Part shown: in pieces, positions 1 to 12,426 of the stretch
Layout: every line of letters starts with the position of its first letter
Position numbering within the stretch: the first letter of the stretch is position 1
NCBI GenBank assembly: GCA_000934665.2
Contig: KZ538045.1
Span: forward strand, 62,001 to 126,000
Source: Catajapyx aquilonaris
Taxonomy: Eukaryota
Direction of reading: 5' to 3'
Length of the DNA stretch: 64,000 bases
Notes under the pieces: model-generated
What the model saw: the letters and a program-made list of their open reading frames with translations, nothing else
Told to the model about the DNA's origin: nothing
Databases searched by the model: none
Translations under genes and position numbers: made by a program

Positions 1-119
1 GTAGCGGAAACCTATTCCGTAAGGGAAATTTTTACAGAACGAGGCGATTCCTCTATATAGACATACCAGTACGGTAACGGTGCATTATGCACCGGTGAGA
101 ACATAACAGACATATCAAA

Positions 120-229
120 GGGCCGGTTGTACGTATGAACATGAGTTAATGTTCACTACGCAGTTAGCTGTTGTTTTCTAGACTTACCCCATAGTTACCC
201 TCATTAACTCAAGTTCATGCAACCGGCCC
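120..229. mobile_element. Short MITE, PIF/Harbinger-like
   Basis: Terminal inverted repeats GGGCCGGTTG(120)...CAACCGGCCC(229), continuing imperfectly (TGAACATGAGTTAATG / CATTAACTCAAGTTCA). No clean TSD. Confidence 0.55.
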
Positions 230-242
230 TGAAATCAGTGAA

Positions 243-346
243 ATGGATAGCTTTATGGTTGGGGACATCAGAAGGCAAACTACTCGTATATACAGAACTT
301 TACTCGCCGGACAATTCTGCCGTCATTTAGATCTGGACAGAGCTAG
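243..346 (+). CDS. Candidate first coding exon of the + strand gene (unverified)
   Basis: The frame is open from ATG 243 to donor AG|GTGAGG (phase 2): MDSFMVGDIRRQTTRIYRTLLAGQFCRHLDLDRA. An Inr-like TCAGT lies at 235-239. No homology recognised. Confidence 0.25.
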
Positions 347-860
347 GTGAGGTCGAGTTTCTACATGGTTGCATAGAAACTGGACCTCGCGGCTATGTAC
401 AATGCGACGTTTTGCGAAATGGCGGCAGAATTCCTGGCGAGCATTCGACCACCGATTTGTGTACAGGCAGTGATGAGAAAACTCGCCAGAAATTGGTTGG
501 CGAGTGATGTCAGAGTTTCCTATATTATGTGTGTCGACCAAAACGAAAATCATCCAGAGCAGGGCTGTCTATTACTATTATAATACTTATTAATTATGGA
601 ATTGTAGCTACAGAGCGTGTGTCCTCCTAAACAAGCCACCGCCACCGGCTTGAATACGGGCAAGAATGCGGGGTTGGAAATAAATAAATAAATACATACT
701 GTATAGTGTATACTGTGATAATACAGTATATAGAGAGGGCTCAAATTCTTGCCACTGCGGCATGTTTTTGAACGGAACAAGATGATGGGATAAACTCACT
801 GGTGATAATTCTCACCTCGATGCAGCATAAGGGCCCAGGACAATGAAAGTAGTTCAGGTC

Positions 861-1016
861 GCTCATGGAAAACCTGTAGGGTAGGCTACCATATATCTAA
901 CTTAGATATATGGTAGCCTACCCTACAGGTTTTCCATGAGCATAGAACTAAGCAAGAAAATATATATTTTTGGGTTTCAAACCCAAAAATATATATTTTC
1001 TTGCTTAGGTCTATGC
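861..1016. repeat. Two back-to-back long palindromes (double hairpin)
   Basis: 861-900/902-941 are perfect 40-bp arms with a 1-nt C loop. 940-977/979-1016 are 38-bp arms with 1 mismatch and a 1-nt C loop. CAGGT flanks them at 855-859 and 1016-1020. Confidence 0.95.
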
Positions 1017-1018
1017 AG

Positions 1019-1095
1019 GTGCACAGCAAGGTTATTATGGGTTTCCCCCAGAAAGGTATATTACCATCAGAAAGTGGATTATCTGGTTCACAAAG
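1019..1095 (+). CDS. Candidate upstream exon of the TALPID3-like gene
   Basis: Consensus donor AAG|GTGAGT at 1095/1096, with possible acceptors at 1008, 1018 or 1026. The frame VHSKVIMGFPQKGILPSESGLSGSQ ends in phase 2, matching the phase-2 start of exon 28105. Confidence 0.35.
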
Positions 1096-2224
1096 GTGAG
1101 TTGATGGCAACCTTGACGGACATCAGTAAATCTGGACTCTCTTTACTTCTTCCACTCTGGGAAGTTGCAAAAGTTATTGAATTATCTGTGCACTTTCATC
1201 ATTATGGAGCAGTGCCTGTAGCAGTTGTCAGAGCAAGAGAGGGGTCATCCACGTGTACGTACATTTGTTCGTTATATAGGGCCCACGGTGCTGTGGTGCT
1301 TTTTATATAGAAAGGACTATATAAAAGGGGCTTAATCATATAATACCTTATACCACAGCAGTAGCTCTATAGAGAATTGGGTCATGGAAGTAAAAGAGGT
1401 GGTGATTTGAAGATTTTACCAAGGGAATGGCACTTATACTGCTGCTAATTCTTCTACAGCCCGCGTGGACGGCCTTCATTCGCCTCCAACTAGTCCAAAT
1501 AGTTGGAAAATTTCGATTGTAATCGGATCCGACATTGTGTTGAAAAATTCCCTTCCTGTGTGGTATATATGTTCTAATACTTCCACCGTTATTCGGGCTT
1601 CTTATATTATACAAGTCTGGGTGAAAGAGGATTAAATATTGTACCACGACGCACTTTATCTCGAGTGCTGTATTCAATTCAATATCCTCCAACCTGAGTG
1701 CCATAGAGATCCAATTTGTGCAAATATTAAGGCCAAGCCTTATTGTTCTTTCACTCGAATATTCGGAATTGGCCAATGAGATTCGCAGATAACCTTGGCC
1801 CTGATTGCTGGCAACAGGAACTGAACTTAAGACCTCTGGAGGCGTATGTGACTCATTACCAAACTTCCCTAGTACCTTTTAATGATTAAGCTTCATTGTA
1901 TGCACCTTATACAGTATACGTATTATGCGTTAACCTAATGCTATATAGAAATGTCATAACTGCACCTTTTCACTTCACTCCAATTTTATTGTAAAATTAT
2001 TTTAGTGGTTAACACTAGACATACCTTACTGTTTACCACCATTGGTATTGCTCCCAAGTACTGTACACGTCTGAAAGCTTACGGACTATGAGTTAATAGT
2101 TAAATGGGCGGTAATATTCACTGCTGTGTAAAGTGTAATGCATAATTTTTATATAGTGTCATTATCAGTGACTTACATCTCGCATGATGACACAATTTAT
2201 ACAGTCGTCTTTATAACTTCTAAG

Positions 2225-2230
<6 letters not shown>

Positions 2231-2286
<56 letters not shown>

Positions 2287-2593
2287 CATAATAATCATAA
2301 TAATCCTGGGGTAGTGCTTTCACCCCCAAATGGGGGTATATCACACGGACCTTTATTTTATTATTGTACAGATGGTGCCTATTTATTGAAGCGCCCGGGC
2401 CCACGGGCAGGATGACAGGAGGGGATGTGCAAAGTGCAGTGCGCGGACTGATATGGGTACATTTTGCGAACTCCCCCGTGTGGTTTAGTCTACTGGAAAT
2501 ACCACCCGAGACGAAGCCAGAGACGACCTGTCTCTGCACGAGATGAGAGGGGTGTCCCCGGGCTGGGATCGAACCCGGGACTCCGCCTCCCCG
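2231..2593 (-). mobile_element. tRNA-derived SINE, 5'-truncated, (TAT)n tail
   Basis: B box GGGTTCGATCCC on the minus strand (~2565-2577), a microsatellite tail at 2231-2303, and a 15-bp TSD ACTTCTAAGTATATA at 2216-2230 and 2594-2608. Confidence 0.85.
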
Positions 2594-3623
2594 ACTTCTA
2601 AGTATATAGATGACCAACATTGATCCTGTAGAAACCAGATCGGCAATGAAATAGCTGTGTATAGTATTCCCAGTTACGTATGATAAGTTTCTGTATGATC
2701 ATTGGTTTTTCAATTGTGTGCTGGTTTGGCTTATAGGCTCCGGGATGACGCGAATGCTATCCGTTATCGTGTGGCTATACTTTTGGCTATTTATTATTTT
2801 TTGGAAATATATGCAGTTTTAGATAGCACATGAAATGCAAAATACATGGTGATCCTTTTAAATTTCCTGCCACATATTTGGCCTTAGATCGTGGATTGAT
2901 GGACCTAATATAATTTAATTAAATATAATGGCTTCGCACCTTGCTTATACAAGGTGACATATCGTATGACTGGAAGAGACCGCCATGATCCATCTAAACG
3001 CGGCGCTATGTACGATGTCGATCTCAGCGGTATCTGGCTCTGTTAATTGGCGGATGTTATTTGTTATATTTTTTCCATTGCTTCAGCTGTTCGAGGTTCA
3101 TTACAGACCTCTGTCACCCGAAGATATTGCAGCTCAACAAAAAAAAAAAAACAGATCATGATATATGTCCACGGATTCTTGGAAATCACTTGATCTCCTA
3201 GGAAACACCGTATCATCGTGTATTTAGCTGAAAAATATAACATTCGACGAATTTTGTACCTGAATTGTGTCAATATCACAAAGTATGAGGCTGTATAATA
3301 TCATTGAGTTCGCACTGAAACAAAGCACAAATAAAATACACGATTCTCCATCGTGCATTAATAACTCACACATTGTAAATGAAGCTGTGGAAGCCTTCTT
3401 TTTTACTTCGTGATTATAGGTATGATGTGTGATACAATCATGTAATGACTTGTCATGAAGTTCGCTTTAATTTTAAAATATGTGTTCTGACCAATCACTG
3501 TCGCTGTCAGCTAGTTACGGTCACTTGTAATGAGGGTTGCATCTTAAAATACATAACCTCCTGTGTACTGTATGGTTTACCCTTCGTCCCCTGCATTCAT
3601 ATCCTACCAATTTACAAGTATTA

Positions 3624-3901
3624 AATAAATATAATGGATACCCCGTGATAAGCCTCCTTGGGCTTTTTAGGGGATAATCTTTTAATTGACCGACTTTAAT
3701 CATTGCCTTTGCTGTGATGGATTTTGATAGTGGGAGGCAACGGGAGAACCCCGAGAAAACCCACGCGAACACGGAGAGAACCCATCGAAACTCTATCCAC
3801 ATACTGTACGGTTAGTATCCTTTGTCCGATCCGGGGATCGGCCTCGGGACCTTAGAGGTGAAAGGCTTTGGCGCTAACCATTACACCACCGTGCCTCCCG
3901 T
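3624..3901 (-). mobile_element. tRNA-derived SINE with V-domain-like body
   Basis: Minus strand shows A box TGGTGTAATGG, a degenerate B box and the body GTTCTCTCCGTGTTCGCGTGGGTTTTCTCGGGGTTCTCCCGTTGCCTCCCAC. 15-bp TSD AATTTACAAGTATTA at 3609-3623 and 3902-3916. Confidence 0.85.
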
Positions 3902-4840
3902 AATTTACAAGTATTAGGACCAAGTGTTTCATTTATTGTCAGTTTCTTTACTGTGTATCCATTTTGCTGTAATGGTACCAAATCCTGTGTATTACGGTGC
4001 CTTCGGTATCGAATGGAGGTGTCTAGAAGCCTATATTCTTCCAAGTCCAAGAGGAAGAGCTCACGACTAAAATGACATAAAAAAAAACACATTTCAAGTT
4101 CATACTGTTTCGAACCATATTATGCACCTTGTTATAGAGAACGCAGTCCCGTATTATTATTTTCTAAAACTGGACTTGATGGCTTATATTTCAATTCTGG
4201 CGGTAATTTGTAAACTGGCTTTCCTGCATAAAATAACTCGCTCGATTTTACTGACATTTTGTCAAAAACGTTGCGGCACTGCCCGGGTGGTTGGGTGGCA
4301 ACCCTCAAATATTACGCCGTATTGCATAATTTCACCGCAATATTTGTACAAAACATCCGACAGGGAATGCGTACCCCCGACAATTAATTGCGAGGCTTCT
4401 AATTTTGATTTGCACTACCCCCATACTGCTGATGCGTTGAGGATATCAGCAGAAGCAAAACTGGCCTCCCCCTCCCCCGCTTTCCTCTCCAGTTCTCTGG
4501 GGGACATTTCCGAGTCGGAATGCGAGCACGCATTGTCCTGCAGGCCCGGCACGTATCGCGGTGGCCGATGTAGGGCTCCTCTCTAGTCCTCTCACGTGGC
4601 TGCTATTGATTGGCTTGCCAGATTAATGGCGCGGGGCCTGTCACAAGAGACGGGACTCCCCGCGAGATTTGCCGCGTGAGAGGAATCGGAGAAGAAGAAG
4701 AAGGCGGAGGTCGTGTAGCTCGCCAGGAAAAAGACTGCCAATTTTCAAGGGGGTGGCGGAGCCGGTGATGGGGACGTTATTAAATGGGGCATGGATTTCG
4801 CGTCCATGCCCCACTCCCTCTAACCCTCAGTCCTTCTTTC

Positions 4841-4868
4841 ACCCCCACCCCCACCCCCACCCCCACCC
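4841..4868. repeat. (ACCCCC)n hexamer repeat
   Basis: About 4.5 units; G-quadruplex-capable on the minus strand. Confidence 0.85.
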
Positions 4869-7641
4869 AAAACATGGAAGTTCTTAAAACGAGGTTGAAT
4901 GGCTCGAATCGATTGTTGGATTGGCGCACGGAAACTAGGCAGTACTTGCGTGCGTTACTCCATGGCGTGCTATGAGCTCATAGGGCGCGTCCAACTCGCG
5001 AGAATAAATAATGTGGCGGTTTGATCCAAGTTCGATACTTGTCGTTTCGGATGCCACCCCCGAAACGCAATGTGAATGGCCACTTTCGGAAGGGCCTGCG
5101 TGAATTCGTGGGTTATTGATGTCTGTGGGCTGCAGGCTGATTCACCGGCCCGGTTTTGGGCTGGGTCATCATTTATTTCTACCCAATTTTCCTAATGCTG
5201 GATCTTACCAACAAGCGGTTGGGTTGCAAAAACCGGACTCTCTAGGGGGTTGGAGGCACCGGAGCTAACAATCCGGGTGCCCCCGGAGCGAGATGTGCGC
5301 CCATTTCCTGCATGTACATATTTGCAAAGTGCACAGGTCGTATACTCTATATAGGTTGAGGGCTCCGGTTTGTGCTAGTCACGAAGGACAGGATGATCCG
5401 GGTTTCACCCTCCCCCCTCCCCCCGCCATGTGTTCGGCTGAGTGGGCGCAGTACGTGTGGCCAAGTCCGATGAACTCCGACGTAATATACATGCTCACAC
5501 TATAGTGCGTGAGCCGGTGATGCGAGAATGCATTATCCGCATCAGGATTGCAGTGAAAAAGGGAGGGGGTCTATGTCCCGGATGATTTCCTCCCAGTCCT
5601 AACTGGCTGGGGAGCCTCCCTGCAGACAGCGGAGTTTTAAAGCCCATTAGATCGAGGGAATTTGCATTTATGGTCTCTTACGGTTGGTCGCATTTGCCAC
5701 ACTTGGAGCATTTAATTAGCTAATTCGGAGTAGTCGGGTTGGCAAACTTTCGGGGAGCGTGGATATGGCAACGGCCTGCTGAGCGGAATATGTGAAACAA
5801 TGAGTGAAGTCGCATCCACTTGGGAGCTAGCCGGTGACAGGAAGACTAGGTGGTGGGTATACCAGTAAGGAGAACAAAAGATGGTAGAAATTTCTAGTCA
5901 GAGGAGCGCACTCAAGTAACGGTAGTGGGGGCTTAAAATAGTGAAGACAATGGTGAATTCCTCTCAGTCGGATCAGGATCGCGGATCACGTTCCAGGGAC
6001 CTTTTGGCTGGCAGGCCCGAGTCATTCGCCGCACGTGTGACAAGGGCTAAGCCAGCCTACTTTCCAGTCGGATGAAGCATGGCCCTCCTCCCCGCCAATA
6101 CCCTCTCTCCCACCCTGCCCGTGTAGAGACCTCCCTATCTCAGCGCTGGTTCTTTTCGGCCCCATGCCTTGATGCTGCGTCACGGAAAGGAAATTATATA
6201 CCGAAGAAAATTGCTCCCCCGCACTACCTGACTTATGGATTAATATCGGTAATGCCAGCTGTTTCGAGTGTACTCCGTGATAACGCGTGACGTGACAAAA
6301 TTGGCTGCGGCCAACCAGCAGTGGCGTGACGGATGGTACTTTTGTCTGGGCGAAAATGTCCACGTGTGCAGGGATTGAGACCACGTTACATCCAGTTCGT
6401 GGAAATCGTAAACCCGAGTTCAAAAATTACGATCCTGCGGGCGCCTAACGGGCTGCTCCCGAGACACGCAAGCTGGCGAGTGCATCGTGTGACGCTGGGG
6501 CCGCGTCATCGTGCCCCTTTTTCTCTTCGGGGTTGATTCAGTAAGGCTGGCAGAATTGATTACATACACACGTTGCCAACTCGGGTCTTGGAACTCCGAG
6601 TCGTGGCCGATTGATGTAATTGCCCTTCGTGTCATCACGTCGAGGGCATGATTCTCAGCCTCAGGCAATTCGAGATCTTCCTCCCCTCACCACCACTCTA
6701 TCTACCCCTACTCCAGAGAGCGTGATCATCACGAAAAGGGGAATGTCTTCACCCATGATGGAGTAATGACATGGATAAGAAGGGTATGGGGCGGTACGTT
6801 ACACACGAAATATTATCACCTACGTATCTGCGAGAATGATTACGTTGTGCTCTATCGCGAACCTAATCTGGGAGTGAACGTACTTGGCGATTAGACTGAT
6901 GAAGTAATTGGGTATTTCCAGCAATGCTGTAGAGTGTAGACTATATGCCGGGGATTGCGAGTCGAGAAACTTGGCCGTTTTTCATGCGCAGTAAAGCCGC
7001 AAAAGTTTCGCCAATACGATGCCTTTGTTTTCTAAAAAATATATAATCGCGCAGACTTTTTCTTTCTACGTCTTTATCCAGAATATGACCCCTTGTCCCC
7101 TTCCCTTTGCTTGAAGCCATAGTAGGTACTTGTACGATCCTATATTACATCTCGCAGCAGCACAGGAGGATTAATCCGAAATAGAATGAACCCATAAAAA
7201 TGGGAGACGGAGAAAACTAACGCAATTTCTATTAGGACTAGAGGAAGCAGCGAGGTTAATTTCCAATACGGGCCTATATATTGGAAGGCTGAGCTCCTTG
7301 TTCAAAGACAGTACTTCAGATGCTGATGTGCTCCTTGGAGAATGAATCCGGGCATAAATTCCGTATTTAAGAATTTCTCAGACTTCCTTGCCGGAGCGAA
7401 GACAGAGACGAGGACTTGCTATTGCTTGGATGATCTATAAAAAGCAGGGAGGTAAATAATGATTCCTATATACTTTGAATGATGCGAAGCTTAAAACCCT
7501 GCATGAAGCCAGTAATTAGACCTTTTTAAGAGATCCTAGAGATCCTTGTGCTATCGAAGGTGAGGATGATGGACAAGGACCTGCTATTTTGCCATAATGG
7601 AGCAATAGCATCGCTTTTCAGAATTTCCCGTCCGGTTTTTT

Positions 7642-7687
7642 TTTCTATACGTATACGAGGGTATATACCCTCGTATACGTATAGAAA
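7642..7687. repeat. Perfect 46-bp palindrome without loop
   Basis: TTTCTATACGTATACGAGGGTAT|ATACCCTCGTATACGTATAGAAA. Confidence 0.95.
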
Positions 7688-9743
7688 GAACCATATATAT
7701 GGTTACGGAAAGCAGGCCAACAAGGGGCGTGACCTCGGGAAACCTTTTGCTTCGATTTAAAAAAAAACTCTCGAAGAATGTCATGGGTGATGGGGACCGG
7801 CGCGAAGGACGGGGTTACTGCTAGTTATATCTATATCGTGTTTGGCACTAATTGCTCATTACGCAGTGTTTCCACGCGGAAGTGCACTGACGTCAGGATT
7901 GGCATGCATGCTGCGACATTGTGAGAGATAGTTTTGACGTCCTCATCGGGTATTTGATAAAGCTTGGCGAGACCTTGGTTGTGCCGATTAGGATGTGTAC
8001 TCTAGTGAATAAAATATGAAGAGCCTTTATCTATATGTCACACGCGTTAGAAAACACGGCTTGGGCCTTTGTACATAATCGGAATGTTTGAGGAAGTGGC
8101 AATGCCGCAAAAAAAAAAAAATTGTTCGTGTCAAGTGGTGGGATAAGCCAGGTGCTTGATGGTGGGTGGGGAGAGGAGTGGGGGCTATTATCAGCTCAGC
8201 GAAGGTCACGCACTGAAAATGAAAATAGTGATTAGCAAAGTGTTGGCGACCGTACCCTGACGTAATATGGAGCATATCTCGGGAGTTATAGGCCGGGACA
8301 TGAAGGAAGGCCACCACAGAAGTGGCTTTTCGGCCGTGACGACAGCATTAGATCCAACCTGCTCTCAATCTTGTGCCGGCAGCGGTTGCGCGAGGTTGCA
8401 TCCCCCCCCCCCCNTCCCCGTATAGTTCCCCCGGATGCTGCGAGTCCGGGGGGCCCAGCAGCCCGGATCGCCGGACTACCTAGTTTGCCTGGGCTGGCCG
8501 ATCGATGATGCCACCCTTCCTGTCTGCTTATTGCCACGTGTAGCCCTGCACATTACGTACTGTACATAATATAGTTACAACGTAGCCTCCCCCGGGCTGC
8601 CGCAGCTAATCTAGGGACATGCCTATCTAAAAGCGGGTTGCCCCTTCGGGGAATTTTGCCGCATGGTGCAGGTGCAGGAAAGGGCTTCTAGTTTGAGCGT
8701 GGGCGATGTTGGGAGCCACTTTTTCAGGGGGAGGGAAGACTTACGACCCCAGTGTGACCCTTGCTGCACATGCCTGGCTTCTACCAAGACGAGATGAGAT
8801 GGGGGTGTTGTGCTTTTTTGGACAGCCAGGCGGCCATTGTTGTGCAGTATATTTGCTAGCTGGCTCTGAATGACCAAATCTTGCTCACCTGTTAGACCTG
8901 CTGTTTATTCTATTTCCAATTTTATTAAAATTGGATGCAGAATGTAGCTAGTTCTATAGGGGGAAATTGTGGCTAATTAAATATCTAGGACTCTCTTTGG
9001 GGTTGAAAAGTGGAGGTAAAACAACGGGCCTGTGTAGTAGCTAGGTCTGTCAGACCTTCTTGGAACACTATATATCAGCGACGCGACGTTCTTGGAATAC
9101 TAGTTGTCATTTTACCCTTCTCTGGCAACATCGCAGGGTACACTATAGAAGTCATTAAACCAAATGAAATAGTAATCTTTCGATTCAAATTGTCTGAGCC
9201 TGCCGTTTTACACAGCATTCATAGAATTTGCACCCCAATTCGTTAATTACGGATGTAACGCATAACGAGCGTCATTTGAACATTTGAAAACGCTAGTAGC
9301 AGTGTGCTGTGTGGCGTAACCGCCTCGGGGAGACAGTAAACAAATGGTCCTCTGGTTGCCGTGGGACTGTCATTGAACTGGTCGCGCCGCACATCACGGA
9401 CTTCCCATTCATAAATGCCGCTCGAAAAAGGAAAAACTCGACCAACTGCTCGAGTCTAAAGTCCGAAGAGCCTGCTCAGTCCTAGGCCTACATGTCACGG
9501 GAAGGACGAAAAGTGCTAGTTGACAGCCTATATGCCTCACCGTGGCTTTGCAGAAAACTGGCAGCTACAGAGCATGCGCCCTGCCAAAAAGCCGGCGACC
9601 CACATTTCCAACTCGACAGGTCAGAGTTGGGTCTCATGCTGGTGTCCTTGGCCATCCCAAGAGGCCTGCGCCGTGCGTCAAAGCGATCCCCAGCATATTG
9701 GCCTGTCAGATTCATGGATATACGCACCAGCCGCAAAATGACC

Positions 9744-9744
<1 letters not shown>

Positions 9745-9802
<58 letters not shown>
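9745..9802. repeat. (TAA)n microsatellite
   Basis: Directly visible. Confidence 0.95.
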
Positions 9803-9803
<1 letters not shown>

Positions 9804-12235
9804 CGGCATGAAATGCCCCTGTGTATTGCAGCTGGCAGAGACCACGTTGCGTTATCCTGGCGTGTGGACAACCTTTTCGCCTCTATTGTTCGCCGCGTCG
9901 CATATATGCAAGGGGCAAGTCGGGTACTCTGACCACGGTTTTTACGTGCGGAATCAGTTAGAAATGGCAGCATGTGGATGCGAGCCTAGTGGATTGTTTC
10001 GTCATGAGTGTCATTAATAATGGAGTCGAGAGATCGATCACCATGCGTCTGGGCGCACCTGCGTATAGTCCGAATCAATTGTGTCGCAGGGGATTTATTT
10101 AACCTTGAAGCCTGATTAAATAAGTTGGGTCATGCAGCATGTATGCCATTCATTAGCCTCTGCTGCTTAGTCAATGTTGCATGATATACCAGGAGACTGA
10201 AATCCTGACTTGTGAGTGAGGTCAACTCTCCTATGCAGGTCAAGCCGCAGCACTTGAGTGCAAACTGTTATTCCCGTGTTGCAGTCGCGGTTACATCGGT
10301 GTTAACTATACTATGTAGGCTTAACGGAATCAATTGTGATGTACATTATTAAAAATGAGCTCTTTTTTTTAAATTTCAGGATGCGGGATTTCCAAACCAG
10401 GGAAACTGGAACTGATCCGCCTTCTCCTCGCTATGTGATTGCCAATCCCAGGTAGGGTTTTTTTTTTTTTCATTGCGACATTTCCAGGGGCCAATTAGCA
10501 GTGACGTAATCGCCGTGGAAGTGCATTTTACCGTCGTTTGGAACTCCCAGGGAGGGGGAAACGGAGAGAAGAGGGCGAAACAAATGGAATCCATTTCCAT
10601 CTCCGCTAATTCCCCGCGTTGTTGCATGCAAATGGGACGGTTTTAAACGCCATCCGATAGAAACGAGAGGTTTTTAAGTCGAGGTGCGGATTACTCTTTT
10701 GAAAGGGAGCAGTAAGTGTCCATTACTCCGCTAGAGCATGTTTCCAAACCTGTGTGGAGGTGGTTAACGGGTTCTCATGACCCGCACGTCATTAGCACAT
10801 CTCACATAAGCTTTATAATACCACCACAAAATGGCTATCAACTTGAGCCCAAGTTTGCGTCGGTATTTTTGACTGCCACCGGATAGGTTTGTGCGCGATT
10901 CGAACAGTCTGTCACATGTCAACCAGCGCCAAGTGTTCAAAAAACGCAGGGCTGGGGTGACCTAGAAATAGCCCGGAGGAACATCCACTGGAACCACAAA
11001 GGGCGACCCAAATCCGTCGCACCGCGGAGGAACCCAAGTTTTTTGTCAAAAAAGTGCGGCAGCGAGATGCCTGGAAGCATGATAGTGTAATATTAAACGG
11101 GTGACGTCACTGCTCTCCGTCAACACATCCTTGGCCCTTTAGCACGTACACGTAATGAATGCGAGTGTTGCAAGTAGATGGCGGAGAAAATGGGACGGGT
11201 AAACATTGAGCCAGGGTTGATAATCGGATTCAATCTGGTGGCGAATTGCATTGGCACACTTGGCCGACGCACTCAAAGAGGGGATGTGTATGCCGGAGTG
11301 GGCTTCCCATGCATGAGGTGGCATCTCCTCTTCCTCATACCAACTACTTAGTTTACGGCCAACTCCTTTTGTTTGCCACATCAAGGAACGAACCTGCCCC
11401 AATTTTTGGCTAGAGGCCGCCTGCTGGGGGGTGTACTATACTACATGCTCATTTGCATTCCAAGTGCCGACGTCACGCATTGGTACAGTACGTGTTGTAC
11501 CGGTAGGTTCCTAAATGGTGCGGTTCAGCATTTGGAGCCTGAAGGCCAGATATGATATGTGTAAGTCAACAGCTTCTTATGCCGAGTCACTTCCACATCG
11601 GAGATCTTCTACTTGACAGCCCACCCCTCCAATGCTGATGCTGCTGCTGCCTCCGTTCCAGCCCCACAAACTCAGGCGACTGCTTCCCAACATTATTTGC
11701 TTGCATTACCGGGGCCGCGGGATTAAAATGGGAGAAGGGAGTCGTGAATGGAATCATCTCATTATTCTCTCCGCAGGCCGCCTGCAGGCCCAGATGTGGC
11801 CATGCATGCGATCAAAATCTTGCCTTAGAATTATTTTTCTTCTTCTTCTTTCCCTCGCCTCCCTTATACTTGAGAGCAGCGAACGTTAGTTGGGCGCATC
11901 ACAGCTCTTAGCAGTCGTAACCAGACGTGTGATGTCACATTCAGTAGTGACGTTTAGGCCACGTCAGACTATATGGGCCAAACTATTTCTGGGGGGAGCT
12001 ACATACGTTTGTACCAGCCCCGAATGTGTGTGAATGCTAAGCGAGTATTTATATCTGGGTTGCAACCGTCCCGCGAGATTGAGACAACCACTAATGATGA
12101 AACTATGTAGAGGTGAGTGACCCACGTCTTTTTGGGTGCGTCTTCATACATGCCAACCGGTGATATTTGCGTGATAATGAGCTGGTCCATATAGTGTGTG
12201 GCAAGGAAAGGGTGGGAATTGGGGGGGGGGGGGGT

Positions 12236-12426
12236 NNNNNNNNNNNNNNNNNNNNNNNNNNNNNNNNNNNNNNNNNNNNNNNNNNNNNNNNNNNNNNNNN
12301 NNNNNNNNNNNNNNNNNNNNNNNNNNNNNNNNNNNNNNNNNNNNNNNNNNNNNNNNNNNNNNNNNNNNNNNNNNNNNNNNNNNNNNNNNNNNNNNNNNNN
12401 NNNNNNNNNNNNNNNNNNNNNNNNNN
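12236..12426. other. Assembly gap (N run) flanked by poly-G on both sides
   Basis: 191 Ns, with G runs at 12221-12234 and from 12427. Confidence 0.99.

Noticed and set aside
1348..1776. 142-aa minus-strand ORF, and possible plus-strand exons at about 1460-1562 and 1789-1843
   Set aside because: No recognisable domain, a non-ATG start, and splice phases that cannot be chained unambiguously.
5880..5900. miR-279-family seed (TGACTAGA) on the minus strand
   Set aside because: Seed match only; no precursor hairpin with the mature sequence on the 3' arm.
9350..9745. Possible R4/Dong-like retroelement 3' end before the (TAA)n tract
   Set aside because: Only vague resemblance across frameshifts, no TSD found, and no clear endonuclease motif.
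9488..9973. ORFs with poly-I/poly-N, and likewise poly-Y (2165), (HT)n/(CV)n (14840-15298) and (ER)n/(LS)n (25388-25865)
   Set aside because: These are translations of microsatellites or SINE tails, not genes.
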